This document shows positions 35,041 to 46,340 of a DNA stretch of 64,000 nt, one piece after another; the stretch's first letter is position 1, and each line of letters begins with the position of its first letter. The notes beneath the pieces are model-generated. The model saw nothing but the letters and a program-made list of their open reading frames with translations, was not told the origin of the DNA and ran no database searches. The position numbers and the translations under genes are program-made. Origin of the DNA: Azolla caroliniana (Eukaryota > Plantae > Polypodiophyta); NCBI GenBank assembly GCA_043228905.1, contig JBHGNT010000020.1, positions 4,092,001-4,156,000 of the forward strand, written 5' to 3'.

Positions 35041-38000
35041 ATGGCTAGACCCATCATCGTCAAGACTCTCTACTTGCTTCTATTCTCCCTTCTCCTGGGA
35101 GCAGCAGATTCTTGCACCGACCAAGACCGAGAAGCTCTTCTCGCCTTCACACATTCTGTGAACTGGGCATCCATCATCGGCTGGGCACCCAACAGTGGAA
35201 GCTGCTGTAATTGGGAAGGAGTGATTTGTGATAATTCCTCACGAATTCGGAACATTTCTCTGTCCGGCAAAGGCCTCTCTGGCAACTTATCATCAGGATT
35301 GGCCAACATAGCATCCCTTGAGGTAATCAATGTCTCGCATAATCAATTATATGGGCCTCTCCCACAAGACCTTTCAACACTCCCATCCCTCCGCACGCTT
35401 GACATCAGTATCAACAACTTCTCAGGTGAGCTCTCTCCTGTGTTAGTAGGTTTCCCCTCTTTGCAACTTCTCAACCTCTCTAGCAATGGCTTCAAAGGTA
35501 GCTTGCCTTCCTCGTCTTTAAGGAATTTGACCCTATTGAATCGATTCCTGGCCAGCAACAATGATTTAAGTGGAGATTTGCCACTCACCCTATGCCAATC
35601 TTCCCCCCTCCTTCAAGAAATGGATCTGTCCTCGAACAGCTTCTCGGGAGAAATCTCTAATGATCTCGGACATTGTGGCTCTCTCCAAATATTAGATCTT
35701 AGTGATAACAACTTGGTGGGTAATCTACCCCAAGGTCTTTACAACCTAACCTCATTAACTATGCTTCGCCTCGCTAGGAACAATTTCACTGGCGGACTAG
35801 ATGATGCCATAGGCAAGCTAACCAGTCTCTCCCATTTGATGTTGGGCTCCAACAACTTCATGGGGCAACTTCCCTCCAACCTCTCCTCATGTACAAACCT
35901 CAAGGTATTCACTGCGAATGCGAACAAATTCAATGGCTCCCTAGATGTCGTCCGATTCGATCAATTCCTGATGTTAGAGAATCTTGATCTCAATAGCAAC
36001 GCTTTTGTCGGGTCGATCCCACCCTCGTTAACCAAGTGCGTGGCGCTCAAGAGCATAAACTTTGCGAAAAACAAGCTTTCGGGGACGATTCCATCGTCTT
36101 TGTATCAATTGAAGAACCTAACCACATTCTTGCTATCAAGCAACAACCTCAATGGGAGCATAAGCTTGCTCGATGGCAGTGAACAACTTGTGAGTGTGAT
36201 CTTATCCAAGAATGTGTTCAACGAGAAACTACCAGATAGGATGCAAGGGTTAACTAATCTACAGGTGTTCGCCGTCGGAAACATCCGTGTCTCTGGCTCC
36301 ATCCCGGAGTGGTTGAGGAATTGCACAAAGCTACAAGTGCTTGACCTCTCGTGGAACAACCTAACCGGACCTATCCCGTCATGGATAGGGTCCTTTCCAC
36401 ATCTTTTCTATTTGGATTTATCCAACAACTCTTTGTCGGGAAGTATTCCGCCCGAGCTTTTCTCATTGCCGACGCTGATGCATTTAGATACCAACCTCAC
36501 TGGATTGCAATCGGTGGTTAGCAACCTCGCCATAAAACAAAAGGTCGATGTCCCAGAGCTACAATACACACAAGTTTCAGCTTTTCCACCGTCTATTTAC
36601 CTCTCCCACAATCGCCTCCAAGGGTCTATACCTTCACAAGTGGGTGCTTTTATTCTGATTCTAGACATGGATTTGAGTTTCAACAATTTGTCGGGAAACA
36701 TCCCGGAGACAATCGCCAATATGACAGACCTAGAAAGCCTTGATTTATCATACAACTCTCTCACAGGCAGGATACCTTCATCATTGACTAAGCTCACCTT
36801 CCTTTCTTATTTCAATGTTTCGTATAATCAACTGGAGGGTCAGATACCCGTGGGCAACCAATTCTTGACGTTTTCTAACAAAAGCTATGAGGGGAACCCG
36901 GGTTTATGTGGTGCCCCTTTATCTTCCCCATGTGGGAATGGTAATGCCCCTGGATCCGGATCTGATTCCAACTCGTCAAAGAAGAGAAAAAGCTTGATTC
37001 TAAGGGTTGCTATCATCGTCCCTATTTGCACAATTAGTTTTGTTGCATTGCTTTTCGGTTTGTTCACTTGGAAACTAAACAGACGAAATGTCGTGTACCA
37101 AGGGAGCGACAGTTTCCATGGCTCTGAAAGCCCACAATCCCTCACCGAGGCCCTCAATTCCACGGTTGTCATGTTCCATACTATCCATGGAAATCTCACC
37201 ATGGCTGACCTTTTCAAAGCGACAAACGACTTCGATTCGGCCAATATAGTGGGATGTGGTGGGTTTGGTCTGGTATATCGAGCTGACTTGGATGATGGTT
37301 CGAAGCTAGCAATCAAGAAGCTCACGGGAGATTGTGGGCAAATGGAGAGAGAATTCCGGGCCGAAGTGGAGACACTTTCCAAAGCGCAACATGAGAACCT
37401 AGTTCCTTTACAAGGGTATGTTCGATTTGGGAATGACAAGCTACTACTCTATTCCTACATGGAGAATGGAAGCCTAGACTATTGGTTACACGAGAAGGTA
37501 GATGGGGGAACCTGCTTAGATTGGCCTACCAGGCTCAAGATTGCTCGAGGGTCCGCGCACGGCTTAGCGTATCTTCATCAAGTGTGCAATCCTCACATCG
37601 TACACCGAGATATTAAATCAAGCAACATCTTGCTAGATGAGAAGTTTCGAGCACATTTAGCCGATTTTGGGCTAGCAAGGTTAATGATGGGAACGGATAC
37701 GCACGTGACCACGGAAGTGGTGGGTACATTGGGTTATATACCACCCGAGTATAGTCATGCGATCAACGCAACGCTAAAAGGCGACGTGTATAGCTTTGGG
37801 GTGGTCCTGCTCGAGCTCCTCACGGGGAGGAGACCCGTCGACGTGTGTAAAGGAAGAGGGGCGGGTGATCTCGTGTCTTGGGTGATTAACCTACGGACCA
37901 TGGGTCGATCCAAGGAAGTTTTTGACACTGTGCTTCTTTCTCAAAGCGAGGAATATGAAGGGCAAATGATTCAAGTCCTGGATGCGGCATGTCCTTGCTT

Positions 38001-38085
38001 GAACACCGAGCCTTCGAAGAGACCAGCGATTTCCAAGGTAGTGAGTTTGTTGGATAAGATTGGCCAAGAACAGATCTCAAAGTAA
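35041..38085 (+). CDS. PSKR: LRR receptor-like kinase, phytosulfokine receptor (PSKR1/PSKR2/PSY1R) type, LRR-RLK subfamily X; single exon, 1014 aa
   Basis: Signal peptide; CCNWEGVIC N-cap; ~20 LRRs; island-domain exit LQYTQVSAFPPSIYLS; GNPGLCG C-cap; TM helix. Kinase KATNDFDSANIVGCGGFGLVY, AIKKLTGDCGQMEREFRAEVETLSKAQHENLV, HRDIKSSN, DFG, GTLGYIPPEY. No stops. Paralogue identity not resolved. Confidence 0.95.
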   Translation: MARPIIVKTLYLLLFSLLLGAADSCTDQDREALLAFTHSVNWASIIGWAPNSGSCCNWEGVICDNSSRIRNISLSGKGLSGNLSSGLANIASLEVINVSHNQLYGPLPQDLSTLPSLRTLDISINNFSGELSPVLVGFPSLQLLNLSSNGFKGSLPSSSLRNLTLLNRFLASNNDLSGDLPLTLCQSSPLLQEMDLSSNSFSGEISNDLGHCGSLQILDLSDNNLVGNLPQGLYNLTSLTMLRLARNNFTGGLDDAIGKLTSLSHLMLGSNNFMGQLPSNLSSCTNLKVFTANANKFNGSLDVVRFDQFLMLENLDLNSNAFVGSIPPSLTKCVALKSINFAKNKLSGTIPSSLYQLKNLTTFLLSSNNLNGSISLLDGSEQLVSVILSKNVFNEKLPDRMQGLTNLQVFAVGNIRVSGSIPEWLRNCTKLQVLDLSWNNLTGPIPSWIGSFPHLFYLDLSNNSLSGSIPPELFSLPTLMHLDTNLTGLQSVVSNLAIKQKVDVPELQYTQVSAFPPSIYLSHNRLQGSIPSQVGAFILILDMDLSFNNLSGNIPETIANMTDLESLDLSYNSLTGRIPSSLTKLTFLSYFNVSYNQLEGQIPVGNQFLTFSNKSYEGNPGLCGAPLSSPCGNGNAPGSGSDSNSSKKRKSLILRVAIIVPICTISFVALLFGLFTWKLNRRNVVYQGSDSFHGSESPQSLTEALNSTVVMFHTIHGNLTMADLFKATNDFDSANIVGCGGFGLVYRADLDDGSKLAIKKLTGDCGQMEREFRAEVETLSKAQHENLVPLQGYVRFGNDKLLLYSYMENGSLDYWLHEKVDGGTCLDWPTRLKIARGSAHGLAYLHQVCNPHIVHRDIKSSNILLDEKFRAHLADFGLARLMMGTDTHVTTEVVGTLGYIPPEYSHAINATLKGDVYSFGVVLLELLTGRRPVDVCKGRGAGDLVSWVINLRTMGRSKEVFDTVLLSQSEEYEGQMIQVLDAACPCLNTEPSKRPAISKVVSLLDKIGQEQISK

Positions 38086-39864
38086 GTGTTCTTGACCATG
38101 GAATAACATGAAGGATTCTTGAGGTGGGACAAACATGAGGCATCCAAATTTGAAGGTAATCTTTTTGTTATGGCCTTAAATCCGTGTTGTGATTTGTGTG
38201 TGTAATATCTATATACTTGAAAACCTCACTTGATGTAATATATACTCCTCTCCCCCGTAAAAGAACTAATGTCTCATATATATATATATATTTATATATA
38301 TGTATGTATGTCATGTATGACAAAGAGATATTTAGTGGGGAGTGGATTTCTACCCACAGTGTTGGGGATTTTCTTTTTACCAAATCAATGAAATGCTTTT
38401 TTATGTTAAATGAAGCGTTGGTTGTAAGGTCCACAATGAATTTTTACCTCCACATTTGCTCATCCAAACCACTTTCGATGTGCAATCAAATTCTTTTTCT
38501 CTTCCTTTATATATACTATATATAAACATAAATCGTTTAGTGTTTTATGTTTTTCTTTTTGTTTTGTACTAAAGAATGAATGATAATTTGAGTCGTTGAC
38601 AATACCCCCTTATTCTTATTCTTTTAGCACTAAATTTTAATACTACATTGTGCTCATCACTAACCCATGTTATGTGGCTTCAATGCACTTGAAAAAAGTC
38701 AACATGTATGATGTGTCAAGTATAAAGTTACGATTCACAAACAATATGATCGTGCGAGTAGACCAATATTACAGATATTATGACGCCAATTGACATAAAT
38801 CCTGGAAATAATGATTCTAGCTAATATAAACCAAGAATATAGTCATGAAAAGTGACATAGAAAGCAATCCATTGTAACCTGAGGTTACGTTAGTATCTTG
38901 AGAACCGCTAGTATATCTAGAAAGTAGTAGCCTTGTGATTCAATAAATGGGTATGAACAAGACACTTTAGCCTCGGTTATATGCCATACAAACCCCAACC
39001 ATCAATTGCTACACATGAATGAGTAAACTGATTGGGATGGAATTCCCTTGTTACACCAAAATAGAACACCCATTCAAATGATCGTCTCAGTTGCCACAAG
39101 AGAGAGGTTGTCGAAGTTCTAACCTACAATTATGCTCAGTGAATCTTGTAAATATAATTATTGGCTAGTTTTGGTAGATTAATCTTTGACGATATAATTG
39201 AACGTTCATCCTTCATGCATGTGTGCCGCCATATGCTATGATCCATAGTAGATCCCTTTCTCCAAGCTGAGAATAGCCCATTATTTATTCATGGGATGAC
39301 TATTCCATTGTGAAATAAAGAATTGGATGAATTGATGGATGATAGCAACGAGAAACGTAATTATTACACACCACAATGTGTTCTCTTGTTCAAAATTTTG
39401 AATCTTGCCTCAAATATTTTGGATAAACATAATCAATTATATCGATGATGAATACAATGTTGGCTAAAGCATATTATGGTGGTGATATGATTGCATTAGA
39501 CATGTTGAGATGCTCATTGCTCACATTGAATTTGGATCCACTCACTAGCCATATTGGACAACATTTGCCCCATTTCCACAAGGTGCTACAATGAAGACGA
39601 TTTCGCTATAAATTTTTTGTATCATTACAACCATCAATGCTCCACGAGTACTTGAGTACTTGAACACAATGAAAAACTCTTCCAAGCACTAGCAAGACAA
39701 GAAATGGTTGTTGGTCACCCATTAGGCGACTTTTGCAAACCGAGTCCTGTTTTTATAACAAGCTCTATAAAATCGAACCAGAGACAACATAGAAATCGAA
39801 CTGATTTAGCTCTTCATTTAACTCTTAAATATATTTATGTATCCTACGTGTGGCAATTGGATAT

Positions 39865-40083
39865 GAGCCACTCGTAGAATTACAAACATATTTTAGCTCA
39901 ACCCAATGAAGAGCCCAAGTTGGTGGTAAAAACATTGAATATGCCAAGAGTGCGAGTGGAATCAAGAGAAGAAGAGCCACTCATAGAATCTACAAACATA
40001 TTTTAGCTCAACCCAATGAAGAGCCCAAGTTGGTGGTAAAAACATTGAATATGCCAAGAGTGCGAGTGGAATCAAGAGAAGAA
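39865..40083. repeat. Tandem direct duplication, 2 x ~110 bp
   Basis: 39865-39973 and 39974-40083 differ by about one substitution and one indel. Confidence 0.95.
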
Positions 40084-40147
40084 GAGTCGATACGCAACAG
40101 TCTGTTGATCAATCACAGAAGTTAAAAAAACACCGACTGTTGACACC

Positions 40148-41770
40148 ATGGAGCAGGACGCGGAGAAGGGGAAAATGTCGACAATGTCCCCCCCGAACGA
40201 GGTCCTTGGCTTGCCCGAAATTCCACCAGCGGCACATGAGTTCGCGGCCCTATTACAGTTCAGGACATCATACGAGCTGGTGGATTGACTCGCTAAAAGA
40301 GTACAGTACGCGTTCGCGTTCGACTTACTGAACCAGGAGCATAAGGATCGGGAGATGATCCACAAGGCCATGCTCGAAAAGGAAAAAGAACTGCAAAGAA
40401 TCGGCCGACAACGTGATGCGAAAAATAAAGGCACGACGATTCAAATGCCTACCCTTCACATGGCCCTTGTCGAAGTGCATAAGGAGTTCGCCAGAACTAA
40501 TAGAGCAGCGAAAGACATGGCCGAAGCATGCAAAAGGGCGATAACGGCAGCCGACCACATGCATACAGAGTGGTCGGCATTAAAAAAGAGTAATGGCAAA
40601 TTGTCGGATCGACTCTGACAGATGGAAGAGAAAATGAAAGAAGCCGACGACCATATGCAAAATTGTGATTTTGCTGGTATCCCACACGTACATGATAAAC
40701 AATTATGGGATCAACTCCATGCAATGGAGAAGCAGGTCAACTGGGCAAACCGAAGAGCGGAAGAAGCCGAGGCAACGGTCAAGAAGATGGAAGATTGTAT
40801 GTAGTTAGCAAAGACCAAACTAGGGGCTTTGTTGGATGCCAAAGACAAAACAATAAGCGCCGCCATGGAACAACAATTAGAACAACAGATGGAGGAGGAG
40901 GAGGAGAAGGTAGAAGAGCTAGAGGTATTGTATATTCATATGCAGGAGAAACATTATGCCGACCAAATGGATCAGCTAGTGCTTGAGAAGTCTGGGAAAT
41001 GCATACGAAGTATGTGCAACATAAGGCGCAACTTGACCTGGAGAAAAACGAACTAACCAAGAAGTACAACAAGATCGAGGCCAAGTATGGGCAAAAGCGG
41101 CTAGCATTATTAGTGGCGGAAGCAAAGCTCCAGTTCGATCAAGGTTCAACAGAAGTCTAATTGGCCGAAATGAGGAAGGAAGTGACCACGATGTAGTACA
41201 AAGTAGGCATGGGAGAAGAGAAAGTACGCCCGATTTTATCGGTGGTAATCGAATCCCGGGACAAAGGTTGGAAGACATGGTCGGCACAGGCTACCGAATT
41301 ACAGTTATTGAGGACGACCATGACAACCGGAAGAAGTAGGGTGGGTCAGGGTTTCTTAAAGATGGATGAAGCTGCAATCACCGGAGTCCAAGAAGAGATC
41401 GCTAGAGACCTATATGAGCTATCCACAAGCCACAGGGAGGAGATCGTTAAGCTCATGGAGAACTATGACGGCCATCACATGGCCACTGCCTTGTAGCTGG
41501 ATGCCTATGAGCGACAACGTCGGAGACAGACAGGCGAATTGGGGGCATCCGAGGACGAGGACGAGGACCCACCTTCTGACGAATTTGGCCACACCGTACT
41601 AGTGAGTGGCGATGAAAGAAACACCGAGCAGGAGGAGGCGGAAGCAGAATCAACACGAAGGCCGGAAGAGGAGCACCATACAACCGACGCCAAAAAAGAA
41701 CTGACATTGTTTGACATCCTAAACAAAGAGGTAGGTGACGATGATGGAATTAGGTGCCGACATTGATGAA
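40148..41770 (+). pseudogene. Decayed coiled-coil/acidic ORF, probably the extra 3' ORF of a Tat/Athila-like Gypsy
   Basis: E/K/Q-rich helical frame broken by stops (40355-40618, 40622-40804, 40829-41056, 41209-41496, 41539-41766), followed by a purine tract agaagtaaaggacgggg and an LTR-like block. Confidence 0.5.
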
Positions 41771-41797
41771 GTCCAAGACCAGAAGTAAAGGACGGGG

Positions 41798-42393
41798 TTT
41801 GGCCATGCCAGGCACTGTCCCACGAGTGTGCCAAGTGTTAGCCGGTGAACTACCTAGAGTTGAATGGTCGGAGTTGGACAAGTGTGAAAGAGGGTCGGAG
41901 TCGGAGTCGGTAATAATAGGAGTCAGCAATATGAACAGGAGTCGGAAAGGTAGAAGGACAAAGATAAAATCAGAATATGAAAAGGACGGAAATTAATATT
42001 TTGCTAAGTGTAAAATATATTAAGTTACTTAGAATAGATTTGTTGTAATTCTTGCCAAAGAACACAAGTGTAATCTTGGAAAAGAGACTCTCGGATTACC
42101 TATAAAAAGGGACCAAGAGCATTGTAACATCATTGTTCTATTTTGACTAATATAAGTTTAGTAGTTAGTGTATCTCTTGTGTCGACTACATTGTGTCATA
42201 TCTTCTAATTGTTTCTGTGTTGAACATTTGAATACAATCTCTACTACATAATTCTATTACAACAAATAGTCGATCATCGGCACATGTTAACCATAATTGT
42301 TATTCTCGGTTTATCAATATTTGAGCATAGGACTAGTGTCGACCAATCTAATCCCCTACCATAATCTGCTTGACCGAAAGTTTGGAGTCGACG
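41798..42393 (+). repeat. Putative LTR after the coiled-coil ORF
   Basis: Follows the PPT-like tract and contains cctataaaaaggg. Termini are degenerate and no partner was seen. Confidence 0.4.
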
Positions 42394-42461
42394 TTTGACC
42401 TATTGTGTCTGTTGGAGTCTATCAGCAAATCCAGAAAATCTAGCAAATCTCTCTCGTAACT

Positions 42462-43450
42462 ATGGAGTCCGTAAGCAAGCAAGAATATATGCGCGTTCTC
42501 TCCGAACTCGATATGTTAACAACCAAATTCGTGGCCCTAGAGCAAGAAAGTCAAAGATTGCTAGGCGGCCTACAACAAGTAAGTGCTGAGAAGGTACAAC
42601 AATTTGAAGAGTTATCTCAACGAGTGCATCAATTGGAGGCTACTCTATTGCAAAGACAAGCGGTGAAAATTCAAACTTCACCGAAAGAACCAAAGATTAG
42701 TCTACCGACCAAGTTTGATGGTAGAAGGTCTCAATTTCGTGGAGTTTTAAATCAAGTACAACTTGTGATTAAATTGCATCCTAGCCGTTACCCAACTGAT
42801 GTTGCTCGTGTGGGACTAGTTGGTACCTTGTTAACGGGTAGCACATTAGTGTAGTTTGCACCACTCCTAGAGAAGCACTAAACATTATTAGAAGATTTTG
42901 AAGGGTTTATTAACGAGTTCCAAGCCAACTTTGGAGACACCGATAGTATGAGGACCGCAATAAACAAAATTCGGGGATTACGGAAGGAGATCGTCCTGCT
43001 TCCGCTTATACTGCAGATTTTTGCCTTCTAGGATGTGATATTCCATGGGACGAGGCGGCGTTAATGGACCAATTTCGTTTAAGTTCTGCGCAATGATGTC
43101 AAGGATTTACTTCTTACCTTCCATGATGATCCAAAATCTCTTACTGAAGCAGTAAGTCGGGCCGTGCGATGTGACAATTGCTTATTTGAGCGGCATTCTG
43201 AGCGCCAACAAATGTTACGCTTCTGACCAACAGAAACATATGATTTGGCGGTCGCAACTCCACCCCAAGTATCAAAGTCGAGTTTGATGGAAGGCTCTAC
43301 TCCAATGGAAATTGAGACAACACGACGTCGAGGACCATTATCCGATGCTGAAAAGCAACGACGACGAGCGAATCGTCTATGCCTTTATTGTGGTGGTCCA
43401 TGGCATATTGTTGTGAATTGTCCACTGTCATAAATCACGACAACAAGTTA
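42462..43450 (+). pseudogene. gag of a second Tcn1-like chromovirus, truncated
   Basis: EPKISLPTKFDG..LNQVQLVIKLHPSRYPTD; PMEIET.RRRGPLSDAEKQRRRANRLCLYCGGPWH; homologous to 29340-30437. Confidence 0.92.
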
Positions 43451-43513
43451 ACCAAGTAAGTGCTCATGACAATCCCATCTCAATTTCTTCCCCACCTTTT
43501 GTGAATGTAAATT

Positions 43514-46340
43514 TGTGGAAGCGTTAGACAGAACCGGCTCAGCCGGATAACAACAGAGAATAAGATGAAGGTTTAATGGAGAAGCTTAATACACAAAGAG
43601 AGTATATACGGGAGAGACAGAGAGAGCAGAACGTAAACATAGATTCAAAATAATAACAACACTCTGTACATAGAATGTGCTCAGAGAGTGCTTTTATACA
43701 AGTCCATAAAAGACTGACAGGTACTTCAATATTCCTACGTGCGACTAACACTAACTACAAGACAATGATTACCTAGTAGTCTAGGCTCCTACTAGGCTTC
43801 TGGTTCCCACTCGAATCTAGCTCTTCGATCTGTCTCCCTGATCTGGCCGGTTGTTTCCAGATACCGATCCGGCTCATCCTTCTGGATGCCAATCCAGCTC
43901 AGGCTTATTCAACCGATCCGGATCCGGTTGAGTTTGCTTGCTCAACACTCCCCCTCAAGCTCAACTTGAGGTCGGATCGTGGTGTTAGTGTCTATGGCAG
44001 CCGGTTCTTCTACTCGACTCCTTCTGGCGTTGCTCCGCCTTGCTCGCGCTCCTCGTCCGGTCCGGTCCTGTTTGCCGCGACGCTTCTGGTTCTACGCACC
44101 TCGACCTCCTCGGTCGGCTTGTCTGCTCAACAGGCCCATTTCAGCTCCCTTGCTGCTGCGACTCTGGCGCTTGTCGACCCGTCGGTTCCTTCGTGTTGGC
44201 GTCAACTTGCATTGTGTCCATGTCCACTTGGCCTTTAGTCAATCCGGCTCCTCCGAATCCAACTGTTGAAGTGAATCGGCAGTCTTTGATTCGTTCCCAC
44301 TCTTGTCCGAGTTGGTGTTCTCCAACTCGTCTTCTGGTTTCAAGCCCTTCACCACGTTAGACCATGTCTGGGTCTTGGTCTTCTCCTTTTGGTCGGCTCT
44401 GTCCTTCTTGACTCTGTCGTTGCTACCGCTCATTCCGACTTGTTCGGATGTGCCGAGTCGGCCGATTTTAGCAAGGCCGGGTCCGGTGATGACTATATCA
44501 TCCATGTATAACAAGTTACATACCAGACCTTCTGGACCTTTCTAGATGAACAACGAAGAGTCTAACTTTGAGGCCGAAAACTCCATCTTACACAACCAAC
44601 GTGTGATCTTCGAATTCCAAGCACATAGGGGCTTGCTTCACGCCGTAAAGGGACTTCTTGAGCCGGCACACTGCTGACTTGTTCATTTCCGACTGAAACC
44701 AGGGGGCTGGATCATGTAGACTTGTTCTTCAAGGTCACCTTGAAGAAACACATTCTTCATGTCCATTTGGTGAAGATGTCATCCCCTTGCCGCAGCAACC
44801 GCTAGCACCACACAAACCGTCGTCATCTTTGCTACCGGAGCGAAGGTCTCATCGTAGTCGATTCCGTGGGTTTGTGCGTATCCTTTGGCTACTAACCAGG
44901 CCTTGTACCTTTTGACCGAACCTTCAGCATTGTACTTTACTTTGTACACCCATTTGCAACTGATCGGTTTGCAATGTCGGGGAGGGTCAACTAGGTTCCA
45001 TGTGTCGTTGGCATCAAGTGCCCGCATCTCTTCCTCCATAGCGGCACGCCAATGTGCGTCCTCTGCCGCATTTGTGTAGCTCTCCGGCTCATGCACTTCT
45101 GGCATTTTCATCATGTATGCATAGTGATGCGCCATGTACTCATTATATCCATACCTTTTTACGGGGTTCTTCTGGCGGGTCGATTAGCGTAACTTCGCGT
45201 TCGTTGATTGCAAGGCCTTCTTGGACGGCTCAGACTTCGTTCCTGAAGGTTCATCTTCGTTCTTTCTGGAGTTGGATTCGCTCCAATCCGACTCGTCTCT
45301 GTCGGTGGCGTACTACGACATCTTCTTCTTCCCCTTTTCTTTGCGCGTGAATCGTCTCCTCGGTTCCTTTCCCGAGGAGAGCATGACCGAGTCGTCGCTG
45401 CTCATCGGCTTGTCATCTGGTTGACCACTCTGACTCAACCAGTTCGGATTCAGTCCACTCATCCAGAATGAGATCAGACTCTCATCTAGAGTACCGAATC
45501 ATTCTTCATCTTCTGCCCGAATCCTTTCGGGCTCACTGGCCTCATCTTCCGGGATCGAGTCGAAGTCGGACATTAGAGTCGGTAGAGAGTACCATGATGC
45601 CAACTCATCAAACTCGACATCTCGGCTCACTCGAACTTATTTTGTTCGGGGGTTATAACACTTATAACCCTTTTGCTCATGTGAGTAGCCGACAGGGATG
45701 CACTTCTCCGACTTCGGATCCAGCTTTCTCCGCTTCTCATCTGGCATATGCACATATGCAATGTTACTGAATATCTTAAGGTGTCTTAAATTTAGCTTCC
45801 GTCCGAAATATAGCTCGTGTGATGACACCTTATCCCCGATTCATTTTTGGATGTAGACGGCCATCCGAACCGCCGGCCCAGTAGAACTTGGGCATGCTAT
45901 TCTCTTCCCGCATTGCCCGTGCCGCCTCCATAGTCGACTGGTTCTTCCATTCTGTGCCAGTCCCCATACATCCGAATGTATTAGATTGAGCTTGTTATGG
46001 CGCCGGTTTCTTTCGGTGGGGAACAGAAGCTAGTGTTGCTTCCCGAGATGGCAGGCTTCCCAAATTTGGGCCTTTCGACCATTGAATATTGGCAATCTGA
46101 AAACAACCTGTTTCGATTGCAGGTCTTGAAGCCTCTGATAGCTGATGTGGCTGATACGCTTGTGCCACAAGTCGATTTCAGGTTCGACCTTTTATCCTTT
46201 TGCGAACATAGTAGTGCCGACGTCGTTGGTGTCGAGGTAAACTCCTCCCATCTCGGCGCCCTTGCATAATTATCCAACCTTCTTCCTCGATGAAGCACCC
46301 GAAGTGCGTAAACCACACCTGTATCCCCTGGTCGACGATC
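43514..46340 (-). mobile_element. Copia family A-related element (copy 3), internally deleted; 3' LTR 43514-43947
   Basis: PPT agcttgagggggag next to the LTR end; YMDDIV; YMAHHYAYMM..EPESY; KLDPKSEKCI; WHKRISH. Most of the RT C-terminus/RH and the IN core are missing. Confidence 0.88.

Noticed and set aside
35070-38143. Minus-strand ORFs overlapping the receptor kinase
   Set aside because: Antisense shadows of the LRR and kinase codon pattern.
38600-39800. Possible ancient pol or transposase remnant downstream of PSKR
   Set aside because: Only vague motif echoes on the minus strand; too decayed to call without a profile search.
39865-40083. Direct repeats as a CRISPR array
   Set aside because: Two adjacent 110-bp units with no spacers, no cas genes and a eukaryotic context: a simple tandem duplication.
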